A DNA stretch of 64,000 nt from Bacteroidota bacterium (GTDB lineage Bacteria > Bacteroidota > Bacteroidia > Bacteroidales > VadinHA17): contig JADFQJ010000007.1 of assembly GCA_022561875.1 (NCBI GenBank), positions 3,482 to 67,481 on the forward strand, read 5' to 3'. The translations under genes were made by a program, and so were the position numbers. The notes below the pieces were generated by a model. That model was not told where the DNA came from, ran no database searches, and was given only the letters and a program-made list of their open reading frames with translations. This document shows positions 1 through 10,033 of this stretch, in pieces. How positions within the stretch are numbered: position 1 is the first letter of the stretch; every line of letters starts with the position of its first letter.

Positions 1-151
1 TACCAAAGGTAAAAAATCTCATTTAAATTTACCAGTTTCATTTGAATAGTATTAACCTTTTTAATTACTTTGCGAAACTATATTCTATTTTTACCGGATT
101 GAAATATTTGTTATAATACTCTTCAAATGCTTAATTTAATCATCAGATCAT

Positions 152-2299
152 ATGCGAAAGTTCTTTATTTTTTTCAGGAATAACAAGAAGAAAATATACC
201 AGGCCGGACTTTTCTTAATAACCATTATTTTTATAACATTTTTTTTCCCCAGAGAGGGTAAATTCCGATATGAATTCCAGAAAGGGAAACCATGGATGCA
301 TGAAGATCTGTATGCTGCTTATGATTTCCCGATTTACAAATCTGAAAGCCGGTTAAATGCCGAAAGAGACAGTATTCTTGAAGATTTCAATCCATATTTC
401 CGTTACGACAGTTCTGTTTTTGTTGTCCGGCAGAATGATTTCCTTGAAGTATTTGACCGGAGATGGACAAATTACCTCTCGGAACATTACAGTTTGAATG
501 AGGGACCAGGTGTAAACAAGATTTCTTTCCCTGGAATGATAGAAACCAGGAAGAGATATCTGTCTATTTTTTCCGGTATATTGGAACATCTGTATTTAAC
601 AGGAATTGTTGAAGTGAGTGATATCCTTGAGAGGGTCAGGGATGATGGTGGATTTATTGTCATTATTAAGGGCAATATGGCGGAACAAGCTGAGTATTCG
701 GATGTATTCACACTTAAGTCAGCGTATGAATATATTGTTGGCAAACTCAATTCAATGGCAGATACGGATGAAAATGAAAGAAATGCAGCAGATATTGCTT
801 TTTTTGATGAACTGAATTTATCCAATTTCGTGAGTCCGAATTTGTTCTATGATGAAGAAACATCCGGAATGGTGAAAGAAAGCCTTATAAATGAAATTTC
901 ACATACATTAGGCATGGTTCAGGTTAACCAGTTAATTATCTCGAAAGGAGAAGTGGTCAACAGTGCGAAATTCAGAATACTTGAATCGTTTAGACAAGAA
1001 TACGAATCACGGTTAGGATCCGCGTCTAACTATTACCTTAAGATAATAGGCAGCTCCATATTGGTTATTGTATCAATACTTATGCTATATCTGTTTTTGC
1101 TGCATTTCAGAAGCGAAATCCTTGAGAGCAACATAAGTACATCATTCATACTATTGTTAGTGGTTCTTTTTATTTTTATTTCAGGTATGGTCCACAAAAC
1201 AGGTGCAGTTAGTTTTTATTTTATTCCGTTTGTTTTTGTGCCAATTGTTATTCGTACATTTTACGATGCACGTCTTGCCCTTTTCATCCACCTTGTTATC
1301 GTTCTTTTAGTCGGGTTTTTTGTGCCAAATTCTTTTGAATTTGTTTTTCTGAATATAATCGCCGGGATAGTTGCTATATTTAGTCTTACCAATACTTACC
1401 GAAGAGGTCAGTTTTTCCTGACTTCTCTGCTTGTTTTTATTAGTTATGGTCTGGTATATGCCGGTTTGGGAATAATAACCGAAAGCCATTTCCGGGATAT
1501 TGAATGGATAAACTATGTCTGGTTTGCCGGAAACTCAGCTTTAATACTTCTTACCCTCCCTTCCATATATATTTTTGAGAAGTTATTTGGATTCTTATCA
1601 GATGCTACACTTCTTGAACTTTCTGATACAAATCAACCTTTATTACGTAAGTTAGGTGAAAAAGCGCCAGGCACCTTCCAGCATTCTATGCAGGTTGCCA
1701 GTCTTGCTGAAGAAGCTGCCCGCGTAACTGGTGGTAATGCATTGTTGATAAGAACAGGCGCTTTGTATCATGATATAGGAAAAATGTACAGGCATGAGTA
1801 TTTTATTGAAAATCAGACTGACAATTTTAACCCGCACGACAGACTTGAATTTGATCAAAGCGCAGAGATTGTTATCAACCATGTAGAAAAAGGAGTTGAA
1901 CTTGCAAGGAAAAATAATCTTCCAAAGCAGGTTATAGATTTTATCCGAACTCACCATGGTACTACTAAAGTTCAATATTTTTTAAGGTCATTTATCAGGA
2001 AATATCCTGATAATATAGTTGAAACAGATAAATTTACTTATCCGGGACAAAAACCCTTCTCAAAAGAAACTGCTATCCTGATGATGGCAGATGCGGTTGA
2101 AGCAACATCACGCAGTTTGAAGATTTATACTGAAGGTAAAATAGAAGAACTGGTTGAAAATATTATCAACCAACAGATAGAAGATGAGCAATTTACGGAA
2201 GCCCCTGTTACATTCAATGATATTAACCTGATAAAAGAGACATTTAAGAAGAGACTGATCAATATTTATCACGTACGGATAGAGTATCCGAAAATGTGA
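152..2299 (+). CDS. 7TM-HD membrane phosphohydrolase (HDIG domain, PgpH/YqfF-like; putative cyclic-di-AMP phosphodiesterase)
   Basis: 715-aa ORF. N-terminal anchor plus extracytoplasmic region, block of about 7 hydrophobic helices, C-terminal HD domain with LYHDIGK and RTHHGT motifs. Confidence 0.85.
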   Translation: MRKFFIFFRNNKKKIYQAGLFLITIIFITFFFPREGKFRYEFQKGKPWMHEDLYAAYDFPIYKSESRLNAERDSILEDFNPYFRYDSSVFVVRQNDFLEVFDRRWTNYLSEHYSLNEGPGVNKISFPGMIETRKRYLSIFSGILEHLYLTGIVEVSDILERVRDDGGFIVIIKGNMAEQAEYSDVFTLKSAYEYIVGKLNSMADTDENERNAADIAFFDELNLSNFVSPNLFYDEETSGMVKESLINEISHTLGMVQVNQLIISKGEVVNSAKFRILESFRQEYESRLGSASNYYLKIIGSSILVIVSILMLYLFLLHFRSEILESNISTSFILLLVVLFIFISGMVHKTGAVSFYFIPFVFVPIVIRTFYDARLALFIHLVIVLLVGFFVPNSFEFVFLNIIAGIVAIFSLTNTYRRGQFFLTSLLVFISYGLVYAGLGIITESHFRDIEWINYVWFAGNSALILLTLPSIYIFEKLFGFLSDATLLELSDTNQPLLRKLGEKAPGTFQHSMQVASLAEEAARVTGGNALLIRTGALYHDIGKMYRHEYFIENQTDNFNPHDRLEFDQSAEIVINHVEKGVELARKNNLPKQVIDFIRTHHGTTKVQYFLRSFIRKYPDNIVETDKFTYPGQKPFSKETAILMMADAVEATSRSLKIYTEGKIEELVENIINQQIEDEQFTEAPVTFNDINLIKETFKKRLINIYHVRIEYPKM

Positions 2300-2442
2300 T
2301 GCGGTGTTGAAGAGTTTATAAGTTTAGGAATTTATTAGTTTATGTGTTGCAGTGTTGCTGTTACGTGTTACGGGTTGATGCTTGTTTCTCCTCCATTCGC
2401 CTCTTAGTTCTCTCACTCATTCTCTCTGTTACACTGTTTGCT

Positions 2443-2477
2443 CCTTACTCCTTACTTCTTACTTCTTGCTTCTTCTC
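2443..2477. repeat. 5 x 7-nt tandem array (CCTTACT/TCTTACT; reverse of GTAAGAA) abutting the lolA-like stop codon
   Basis: Read directly: ccttact ccttact tcttact tcttgct tcttctc, then the stop anticodon triplet tca at 2478-2480. Confidence 0.9.
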
Positions 2478-3152
2478 TCACCTCATATCAATAACTTCTA
2501 CATCCGGATGTTTTGCAGGATCGAACCGGAAGTAAGAATCTTCTAATACAATATCATGTTCAAACCGGGTGATGTCGATGATGTAGTGTATACCATCTTT
2601 ACCCATGTAGGTAACTGATTGCAGTAATAAATCATTCTTACTTATAAGAAGCTTTATAGATGAGTATTCTGAGTTCAGGTTCTTTGGAAAAAGATCAATA
2701 TAATATTGAATTCCATTTTTATTGTTCTGCTCATCAACTAATTTATACTTAAAATCTTCTTTATACATTGTAAAAAGGCCGGCAGGATTTGTAAGGAATG
2801 AACTGCCGATGTCAACGTCTTCTGCAGAATTGATATTTACTTCCTGTGCATCAGGAATATAGTTCCATACTGTCGTTTTGTCATAATAGGTAATATTATC
2901 CATTAATTCAAGTTTGAACATACCTTCTTTCAATGCAATATTACCATCAAATACCTCTTTTGTATCCTGTTGCAGATCAATAACAGTAAGTTGAAATGAT
3001 GCTTTTATAGTTTGAAATGATCTGTTCTTTTCAGCAAACTTGTCAAGTATGGCGCCGGCCTGTGGATCCTGCTGAGCATTTGATGATGCGAACAGAAATA
3101 TTGCAATAAGGGCTGTGAATAAAAATTTCATACGGTTTATTCTAAAAGACAT
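2478..3152 (-). CDS. lolA: LolA-like outer-membrane lipoprotein carrier protein
   Basis: 224-aa ORF with signal peptide MKFLFTALIAIFLFASSNAQ (ATG at 3131 is the likelier start). LolA-like N-terminal pattern. Lies directly downstream of ftsK, as is common in Bacteroidota. Confidence 0.7.
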   Translation of the reverse strand: MSFRINRMKFLFTALIAIFLFASSNAQQDPQAGAILDKFAEKNRSFQTIKASFQLTVIDLQQDTKEVFDGNIALKEGMFKLELMDNITYYDKTTVWNYIPDAQEVNINSAEDVDIGSSFLTNPAGLFTMYKEDFKYKLVDEQNNKNGIQYYIDLFPKNLNSEYSSIKLLISKNDLLLQSVTYMGKDGIHYIIDITRFEHDIVLEDSYFRFDPAKHPDVEVIDMR

Positions 3153-3222
3153 TTCGAACAGATTCTTCAGTAAAAAAAACTTTATTTCTCTTCTTATCGC
3201 CCCATCGCTCCATCGCTATATA

Positions 3223-5586
3223 TTACTGTTCAATATTCTTCAAAAACTGTTCCAATGTATATTCATCCGGGATAAGAACTTGTCTTGCCTTACTGCCCTC
3301 ATAAGGTCCGACGATTCTGGCGTTTTCAAGCTGGTCAATTATCCGTCCGGCGCGGTTATAACCAATAGAAAGTTTTCGCTGGATTAATGAGGTGGATCCT
3401 TGTTGGTGCAGAACAACCAGTTTTGCAGCCTCCTCAAAATAGGAATCTCTTTTTGTCAGGTCTGCTTCACCTGGTTCGCCTGTACGTTCATCTATATATT
3501 CAGGGAGGATCAATGCAGTGGGATATCCTTTCTGAGAGCTGATATATTCCGTCACCTTATCAATTTCAGATGTATCCAGATAAGCACATTGGATCCTTAT
3601 CAAATCGCTTCCTGCGGAAAGCAGCATATCTCCACGGCCTATGAGTTGATTGGCTCCGGTACTGTCAAGAATTGTCCTCGAATCAATCATTGATGAAACC
3701 CGGAATGCAATCCTTGCCGGGAAATTAGCTTTAATTACACCTGTAATAATATTGGTTGTAGGACGCTGAGTTGCAATAACCAGGTGTATTCCAATTGCCC
3801 GTCCCATTTGAGCCAGACGTGCCAGTGGGTTTTCTATCTCTTTGCCAGCAGTCATGATAAGGTCGGCAAATTCGTCAATTATCAGAATAAGATAGGGCAG
3901 GTAGCGATGACCTTTTTCCGGGTTAAGTTTTCTGTTTTTGAACTTTCCGTTATATTCCCTGATATTACGTACATGTGCAAGCTTAAGTAAGTCGTACCTT
4001 TGATCCATTTCTAAAGTCAGGGAATTAAGGGTATTAATAACTTTGTGAGTATTTGTTATAATTGGTTCTTCATCATTAGGAAGTTTTGCAAGAAAATGTT
4101 TTTCAATCTTCGAGTATAAAGTCAGTTCAACTTTTTTCGGGTCGATCATTATAAATTTGATCTCAGAAGGATGCTTTTTGTAAAGTAAAGAAGCAATAAT
4201 AACATTCAATCCGACTGATTTTCCCTGACCTGTCGCTCCTGCTATCAACAGGTGAGGCATTCTGGTAAGATCAAAAATATATGGTTCGTTCGAAATAGTT
4301 TTACCAAGAGCTACACCCAGCTCAAATTCCGATTCCCTGAATTTTTTTGAATTGAGCATAGATTTCATCGAAACGATCTCCGGATTCAGATTGGGTACTT
4401 CGATGCCAATGGTTCCTCTTCCCGGGATTGGAGCTATTATCCTGATGCCCAGGGCTGAAAGACTGAGGGCTATATCATCGTCAAGATTTCTGATTTTGGA
4501 TATGCGGATACCAGGAGCAGGAACAATCTCATATAGAGTCACTGTCGGACCGATTGTAGCTTTAATCTTGTCAATCTCGATATTATAGTTTCCCAGGGTT
4601 TCAACAATTTTATTCTTGTTGCTGATAAGTTCATCTTTAGTAACACGAGAATTCCTTGATTCGTAATCTTCAAGCAAGTCGGTACCGGGAATTCTATATG
4701 ATGGAAGATCAAGCGCAGGGTCATATGGCTGAGAGTCTATTTCTCCCAACCACTCATTTTCTGAGGATTTACGTTGTTCAACTGTCAATTCAATATCATC
4801 GGTTGTTCGTTCTGTCTTCTTTTCATTTTCATGCTGATCTTTATGCAGCTCTTTTGTCTGAAATTTGGTCATTTCATCATCATCTTTCCCAATATTGAAT
4901 CCGGAGAGAGGCTTTTCAACAGAATTGCCGCTCTCTAATTCATCCGGAGAGTACATAGCTTCAGTATTCTCATCAGATATTTTTTTCTTACTCCCGAAAA
5001 TATGTATAATGCCGCTGAATGAAAAAACAAAAAAAGCTGTAAGCAGAATTAATAATAAAAAGGCAGTTCCGGCTTTACCAAGAAATGCATTAAGCCAGTT
5101 GCTTATCAGGAATCCGTGCCCGCCTCCTAATCCGCTGCCAAGATAACCCCCTGAGTCACCAAACAGGTAAGAGAGGATAACCGAAAGAAGAATAATTGCA
5201 ATAAGTCCCGTTTTAACAGTTTTCCAAAGAGGGAGGATTTTTAGATTCAGCATCCTTAATCCCATAATAAAAAGTAAAAAGGGAATAAAAAAGGAAGTTA
5301 TACCAAACCATTTGTTAATAAGGAGATTTGAGAAGTATGCTCCTGTTTTACCCGACCAGTTCAACACCCGGATTTCAGAGCTTGAAAATGCTGACGACCA
5401 TTCAAAGCTCTGGTCGGTTTTCCAGGTAAAGAGGAATGAAATAAAAGCAAGGAGAAGGAAAAGTGCAAAGCCAATTAGAAACAAGCCGGATAGCAGTTTT
5501 ACCCTGTTGTCTTTGAAAATCCTTAACCTGGTTTTATTTGATTTTGTTATATCCTTTTTTCTTGAATCTTTATTTCGTTTCACCAT
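3223..5586 (-). CDS. ftsK: DNA translocase FtsK/SpoIIIE
   Basis: 787 aa. N-terminal multi-TM region, acidic linker, motor domain with Walker A GATGQGKS and IIDEFADL, C-terminal gamma winged-helix (LIQRKLSIGYNRAGRIIDQLE). Confidence 0.95.
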   Translation of the reverse strand: MVKRNKDSRKKDITKSNKTRLRIFKDNRVKLLSGLFLIGFALFLLLAFISFLFTWKTDQSFEWSSAFSSSEIRVLNWSGKTGAYFSNLLINKWFGITSFFIPFLLFIMGLRMLNLKILPLWKTVKTGLIAIILLSVILSYLFGDSGGYLGSGLGGGHGFLISNWLNAFLGKAGTAFLLLILLTAFFVFSFSGIIHIFGSKKKISDENTEAMYSPDELESGNSVEKPLSGFNIGKDDDEMTKFQTKELHKDQHENEKKTERTTDDIELTVEQRKSSENEWLGEIDSQPYDPALDLPSYRIPGTDLLEDYESRNSRVTKDELISNKNKIVETLGNYNIEIDKIKATIGPTVTLYEIVPAPGIRISKIRNLDDDIALSLSALGIRIIAPIPGRGTIGIEVPNLNPEIVSMKSMLNSKKFRESEFELGVALGKTISNEPYIFDLTRMPHLLIAGATGQGKSVGLNVIIASLLYKKHPSEIKFIMIDPKKVELTLYSKIEKHFLAKLPNDEEPIITNTHKVINTLNSLTLEMDQRYDLLKLAHVRNIREYNGKFKNRKLNPEKGHRYLPYLILIIDEFADLIMTAGKEIENPLARLAQMGRAIGIHLVIATQRPTTNIITGVIKANFPARIAFRVSSMIDSRTILDSTGANQLIGRGDMLLSAGSDLIRIQCAYLDTSEIDKVTEYISSQKGYPTALILPEYIDERTGEPGEADLTKRDSYFEEAAKLVVLHQQGSTSLIQRKLSIGYNRAGRIIDQLENARIVGPYEGSKARQVLIPDEYTLEQFLKNIEQ

Positions 5587-5684
5587 TAATCATTTTTCCA
5601 ACTCATAAAACAAATACCAGGCGCTCAGCACCCCGGCAACTTAAGTCAATTTATGAGCATCAAATATGGTCAAAGATAAAAAAA

Positions 5685-6404
5685 CTATTCCATGATTTTG
5701 TCAAGGACAGTGGTAATAAATTCTCCTGGCACTCTTTTAAAGTTTGACTTCTTTTTGAATTCTTTAGAGGATATTTGTTTGAAATAAACGTTTTTAGCAG
5801 TAAGTTTCATCTCGATTTTATTGAGGTATAAATAGAATTCCAGTAATACTCCATCGATCTCAGAATAGGGATTGGAAGAATTAGGATTTTTAATGGATAT
5901 TTCCTGTGTATAATAAACTGTAAATGATTTTGTATCTGAGTCGGGAAAGCTTATATCTGCACGTTTACATGCAAAGCCACAAATATCTTTCGTTTCATCC
6001 CTGTATTTAATTATCATTCTGGGCATTTTACTGAATCCGGGAGACACTTCGTTCAAATCTCCCTGGTAGTAATATTTCTTATCAAGCACCTGGAGATAGG
6101 TTAAATTCAATGAGTTTTTATGACTTACGATGTTAGTAATTTTAAAATAACCGAACATCCCGCTTAGTTCGCTGAGAAAATAATCATCTTTAAACTTAAA
6201 AACCAGCTCTTTGGGTAATGATTGGTTGGGTATGCTCAGTATCTTGTTTTCCAGGTACGAGATTTTGTATAAAATTTCCCCTTCTCCTTTCCCATCTTGT
6301 TTCTTGCATGAATTCAAAAGGAGAATTGATAACAATAATACTGATATGCAAAACTTGTTGATTGAAGATTGTGAATTATATGATAGCACCAATTTGAAAA
6401 TCAA
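5685..6404 (-). CDS. hypothetical lipoprotein (distant GLPGLI-family-like pattern, unconfirmed)
   Basis: 239-aa ORF with lipobox LLLNSC. No catalytic motif recognised. The C-terminal segment YYTQEI...IDGVLLEF loosely resembles the GLPGLI family signature. Confidence 0.45.
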   Translation of the reverse strand: MIFKLVLSYNSQSSINKFCISVLLLSILLLNSCKKQDGKGEGEILYKISYLENKILSIPNQSLPKELVFKFKDDYFLSELSGMFGYFKITNIVSHKNSLNLTYLQVLDKKYYYQGDLNEVSPGFSKMPRMIIKYRDETKDICGFACKRADISFPDSDTKSFTVYYTQEISIKNPNSSNPYSEIDGVLLEFYLYLNKIEMKLTAKNVYFKQISSKEFKKKSNFKRVPGEFITTVLDKIME

Positions 6405-6463
6405 TTTTTACAAATGGCAATATACAAATTTATTTAAGGATTAGTTCCTTCAGTTAAAAAATA

Positions 6464-6498
6464 GTGAAACGTGAAATGTGAATCGTGAGTCGTGAATC
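6464..6498. repeat. 5 x 7-nt tandem array GTGAAAC/GTGAAAT/GTGAATC/GTGAGTC/GTGAATC
   Basis: Read directly. Same 7-mer core as the arms of the GTGAAAT hairpin elements. Confidence 0.9.
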
Positions 6499-6606
6499 GA
6501 GCCTGTATCCAGTATCCCGTAATCCGTAACTGCAACACTGCAACACCGCATCACAACTCTTCTGTATAAACAGCAACAATTATGGCGTTGAATTACAAAA
6601 AAATGG

Positions 6607-6614
6607 TAATTTTG
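6607..6614 (+). promoter_or_regulatory. Bacteroidota -7 promoter box upstream of carbamate kinase
   Basis: TAATTTTG about 35 nt upstream of ATG 6649. Confidence 0.45.
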
Positions 6615-6642
6615 TATTTCTATGGTAATGGAGTTTAAATAG

Positions 6643-7605
6643 TTGATTATGAATAAATTAGCTGTTGTTGCGTTAGGTGGGAATGCACTTTTAAGAGGAG
6701 ACCAGGCTGGTACTATTGAAGAACAGGAACAAAATACGGCTGATACGCTGGAAAATCTTGTATATCTGTTAAAAGAGGGATATGATCTTGTAATATCCCA
6801 TGGAAATGGCCCGCAGGTTGGTAATATACTAATGAGAAATGATGCAGGTGAACAAATGTATGGAATAGCTCAAATGCCGCTGGATATTTGTGTTGCTGAT
6901 TCACAGGGGGGAATTGGATACATGATCGAGAGGGTGTTCAGGAATGTTATGAAGAAACATGGCATTGAGAAGGATGTTGTTACACTTGTTACCCAGGTAA
7001 TGGTAGATAAGAATGATACAGCATTTCAGGATCCGCAGAAAAGAGTTGGGAAGATATATTCCAAGCAGGAGGCCGATGATCTTACAGAGAAAAAGGGTTG
7101 GATATTCAAGGAAGAAATAAAGGCTGAAGGAGGATGGAGAAGGGTTGTTCCGTCGCCTCGTCCAATTGGAATAATGAACGAAGGCATAATTGAAAAGCTC
7201 GCCAGGGAAGGTAATATTGTAATCGCCTCCGGAGGGGGAGGGGTGCCTGTTTATATTGATGAGAATAAATATGTAAGACCGGTAGAAGCGGTGATAGATA
7301 AAGACCTTGCTTCTTCATTACTTGCCACCCGGATCAAAGCTGATGAGTTTTATATTCTGACTGATGTTCCATTTGTATATATTAATTTTATGAAGCCGGA
7401 TCAGGAAGTTAAGGAATTTCTGGATCATGCTGATACTATGCGCTACCTTAAGGAAGGTATGTTCGCAAAGGGTAGTATGGCTCCTAAGATCATCGCCTGC
7501 CTTCAGTTTATTGAAAAAGGTGGCTTGAAAAGTGTTATCACGGAAGCGACCAAGCTGGAAGACAAATCATATGGTACGAAAATTACTATGGAATATGATA
7601 AATGA
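6643..7605 (+). CDS. arcC: carbamate kinase
   Basis: 320-aa ORF (TTG at 6643; ATG at 6649 is the likelier start). Motifs VVALGGNAL, HGNGPQVG, ASGGGGVP. Confidence 0.9.
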   Translation: MIMNKLAVVALGGNALLRGDQAGTIEEQEQNTADTLENLVYLLKEGYDLVISHGNGPQVGNILMRNDAGEQMYGIAQMPLDICVADSQGGIGYMIERVFRNVMKKHGIEKDVVTLVTQVMVDKNDTAFQDPQKRVGKIYSKQEADDLTEKKGWIFKEEIKAEGGWRRVVPSPRPIGIMNEGIIEKLAREGNIVIASGGGGVPVYIDENKYVRPVEAVIDKDLASSLLATRIKADEFYILTDVPFVYINFMKPDQEVKEFLDHADTMRYLKEGMFAKGSMAPKIIACLQFIEKGGLKSVITEATKLEDKSYGTKITMEYDK

Positions 7606-7865
7606 AGAAGAGTTGAGTGGTTGAGTAAGTTGAGTGGGTGAGTAGGAAGAGAAAAGGTGAAGAGGGGAAAAGGAGAAAAAAAGATTAATGAATATCGATT
7701 AACGAATTATGAATTTTGAAGCGTTAGGTGTTAAGCGTTACGAGTTTACGGGTTTGAGTTACGGGTTATGGGTTATACTTTGTCCTCAGTAACCAGTGCC
7801 CAGTAACCAGCTGCAATCTCTTAATTCTAAACTCATAAACTTATTAAACTTATAAACAAAAAAGA

Positions 7866-8867
7866 ATGGCTAACAATTTGAAGAACAGAAATTTCCTTAA
7901 GTTACTGGATTTTACTCCAACTGAAATTTCGCACCTGCTTGAGCTGTCTGTTAAGTTGAAGCGGGCAAAATATGCAGGAAACGAGCAACCATATCTGAAA
8001 GGGAAAAATATCGCTTTAATATTTGAGAAATCATCAACTCGTACAAGATGCGCATTTGAAGTTGCTGCACTTGATCAGGGCGCTCATGTAACCTATCTTG
8101 GACCTTCAGGTTCACAAATCGGTCACAAAGAGTCGATGAAAGATACTGCCCGTGTCCTGGGGCGGATGTATGATGGTATTGAATACAGGGGATTTGGACA
8201 GGTGGTGGTTGAGACTCTGGGTAAATACTCAGGTGTGCCTGTTTGGAACGGACTAACTGATGAATTTCATCCTACACAGATACTTGCTGACTTTATGACA
8301 ATGATGGAGCACACAGATAAACCATTGAACAAGATTAGTTTTTGCTATTTGGGTGATGCAGGGAATAATGTGGGCAATTCTCTTCTCTCCGGCGCTGCAA
8401 AAATGGGTATGGACTTCCGGGTTGCTGCCCCTGAGAATTGTCAGCCCAATAATGATCTTGTGAACACCTGTAAAAAAATTGCAAAAGATACAGGTGCCTG
8501 CATAACCATTACAGATGATGTTGAATCTGCTGTAAAAGGAGTAGATTTTCTTTATACAGACGTTTGGGTTTCAATGGGTGAGCCAGACTCAGTGTGGAAA
8601 GAAAGAATATATTTACTGAAACCTTACCAGGTAAATAAGAATGTTTTAGAATTAACCGGTAATCCCGGGGTGAAATTTCTACATTGTTTGCCTGCTTTTC
8701 ATAACAGGGAGACAAAAACAGGAGAAGAAATATTTCAGAAATTCGGTCTGGATGCAATGGAAGTAACTGAAGATGTCTTTGAATCAAACGCCTCTATCGT
8801 TTTTGATGAGGCTGAAAACCGGTTGCATACAATCAAAGCAATAATGGTGGCAACATTAGGCCAATAA
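7866..8867 (+). CDS. argF: ornithine carbamoyltransferase (canonical ArgF/ArgI/ArcB type)
   Basis: 333 aa, collinear with E. coli ArgI along its whole length as recalled. Motifs [28 protein letters not shown]. Confidence 0.92.
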   Translation: MANNLKNRNFLKLLDFTPTEISHLLELSVKLKRAKYAGNEQPYLKGKNIALIFEKSSTRTRCAFEVAALDQGAHVTYLGPSGSQIGHKESMKDTARVLGRMYDGIEYRGFGQVVVETLGKYSGVPVWNGLTDEFHPTQILADFMTMMEHTDKPLNKISFCYLGDAGNNVGNSLLSGAAKMGMDFRVAAPENCQPNNDLVNTCKKIAKDTGACITITDDVESAVKGVDFLYTDVWVSMGEPDSVWKERIYLLKPYQVNKNVLELTGNPGVKFLHCLPAFHNRETKTGEEIFQKFGLDAMEVTEDVFESNASIVFDEAENRLHTIKAIMVATLGQ

Positions 8868-8991
8868 TCTGTTATGTGACATGCAATAGGACTAATTAAT
8901 ATTTCAAGGTTTATCCGGAAAATGAACATGTAAATGGAATTATGGAAAGAAAAAAAATATTTGATACATAAATTAGAATATGAAGTAAATA

Positions 8992-9471
8992 TTAGAAAAG
9001 TTCTTTGAAGAAATAATATGTCATCACTCCGGATGCTGCAAGTTTGATCCCGGTGCCAAGTAAGAAACCAACCAACGAGCCAAGTCCGGCCCTGAAGGAT
9101 TTATTAAATTTTTCTCCACGAGCCATCTCGGCAATAACGGCACCTGCCAGAGGCCCAATAATAATACCTATGGGAGGGAAAAAGAAAATACCAACTACAA
9201 GTCCTAAAGTGGCACCCCACACTCCGGCTTTTGAACCTCCGAATTTCTTGGTGCCCCAAACAGGTACTATATAATCGATTATTGTTACTACAACAGCAAC
9301 AGCTCCCATTAATAGCAGGAAATCAGATGTGAAATCCCTGAACCCGGTAAAGTGAAGAAATAACAGCCCGACAAAACTAAGGGGCGGACCGGGGATTATC
9401 GGCAGGATGCATCCAAGAAGTCCCGCTATAATAAAAACAATTCCAGCGGCTACAAGAATATAATCAACCAT
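8992..9471 (-). CDS. DUF456-family membrane protein
   Basis: 159 aa, 4 hydrophobic helices. Family-typical GCILPIIPGPPL and WGTKKFGGSK segments. Confidence 0.7.
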   Translation of the reverse strand: MVDYILVAAGIVFIIAGLLGCILPIIPGPPLSFVGLLFLHFTGFRDFTSDFLLLMGAVAVVVTIIDYIVPVWGTKKFGGSKAGVWGATLGLVVGIFFFPPIGIIIGPLAGAVIAEMARGEKFNKSFRAGLGSLVGFLLGTGIKLAASGVMTYYFFKELF

Positions 9472-9510
9472 ACTTGCTTGTAATTTTGGCTAAACAGGAT
9501 AATATATAGT

Positions 9511-9548
9511 AATACTGGAATACTGGAATATTGGAATAAGGATGAATA
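9511..9548. repeat. 8-nt tandem array AATACTGG/AATATTGG (about 4.5 units)
   Basis: Read directly: aatactgg aatactgg aatattgg aataagg atgaatag. Confidence 0.85.
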
Positions 9549-9695
9549 GTCATTATCATTCCATTTAATACCTGATTATCAGTTTAACTATGCCCAGTAA
9601 AGGATTTTATAGCATTTCCATTTCAATTATCAGTACTGAAAAATCAATCAATCGTTCTTCCAAATCAAATTTATTCATTTCTTTCTTTACTTCTA

Positions 9696-9881
9696 CTAAT
9701 TATTGGATATGCGTTTGTATGTAGACAAAATATCTCTTTTGGCAGAACAGGCTGTGCATGTATTGCAACAACCGGGATTGGCTTGATTTCCCTTATTTGG
9801 CAGGAACAATTTAATTGTATGAAAAAGGATATATACAATAGATAATCCGATTGCCAGGTATGTTATTATTTCTTGTATCAT
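9696..9881 (-). CDS. FeoB-associated Cys-rich small membrane protein
   Basis: 61 aa. One N-terminal TM helix followed by the CCNTCTAC cysteine cluster. Located downstream of feoB on the same strand. Confidence 0.65.
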   Translation of the reverse strand: MIQEIITYLAIGLSIVYILFHTIKLFLPNKGNQANPGCCNTCTACSAKRDILSTYKRISNN

Positions 9882-9885
9882 GCTT

Positions 9886-9918
9886 AAAATTAAAAATTAA
9901 AAATTAAAAATTAAAAAG
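9886..9918. repeat. about 4.5 x 7-nt tandem array AAAATTA just upstream of the small Feo-associated gene start
   Basis: Read directly: aaaatta x4 then aaaagtt. Confidence 0.9.
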
Positions 9919-10033
9919 TTGCTTAACTCGTAATACGTAACACGTAACTCTTTTACTCTTTATACTGCATCACTGCAACACAATTTCTTCACTCTTCCCA
10001 TTCTTCCATCATTCCAATATTCCATTATTCCTC

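Noticed and set aside
5685-6404. Confident assignment of the 239-aa lipoprotein to the GLPGLI family
   Set aside because: Only a loose C-terminal resemblance (IDGVLLEF versus GLPGLI) exists, so it is kept as a hypothetical lipoprotein.
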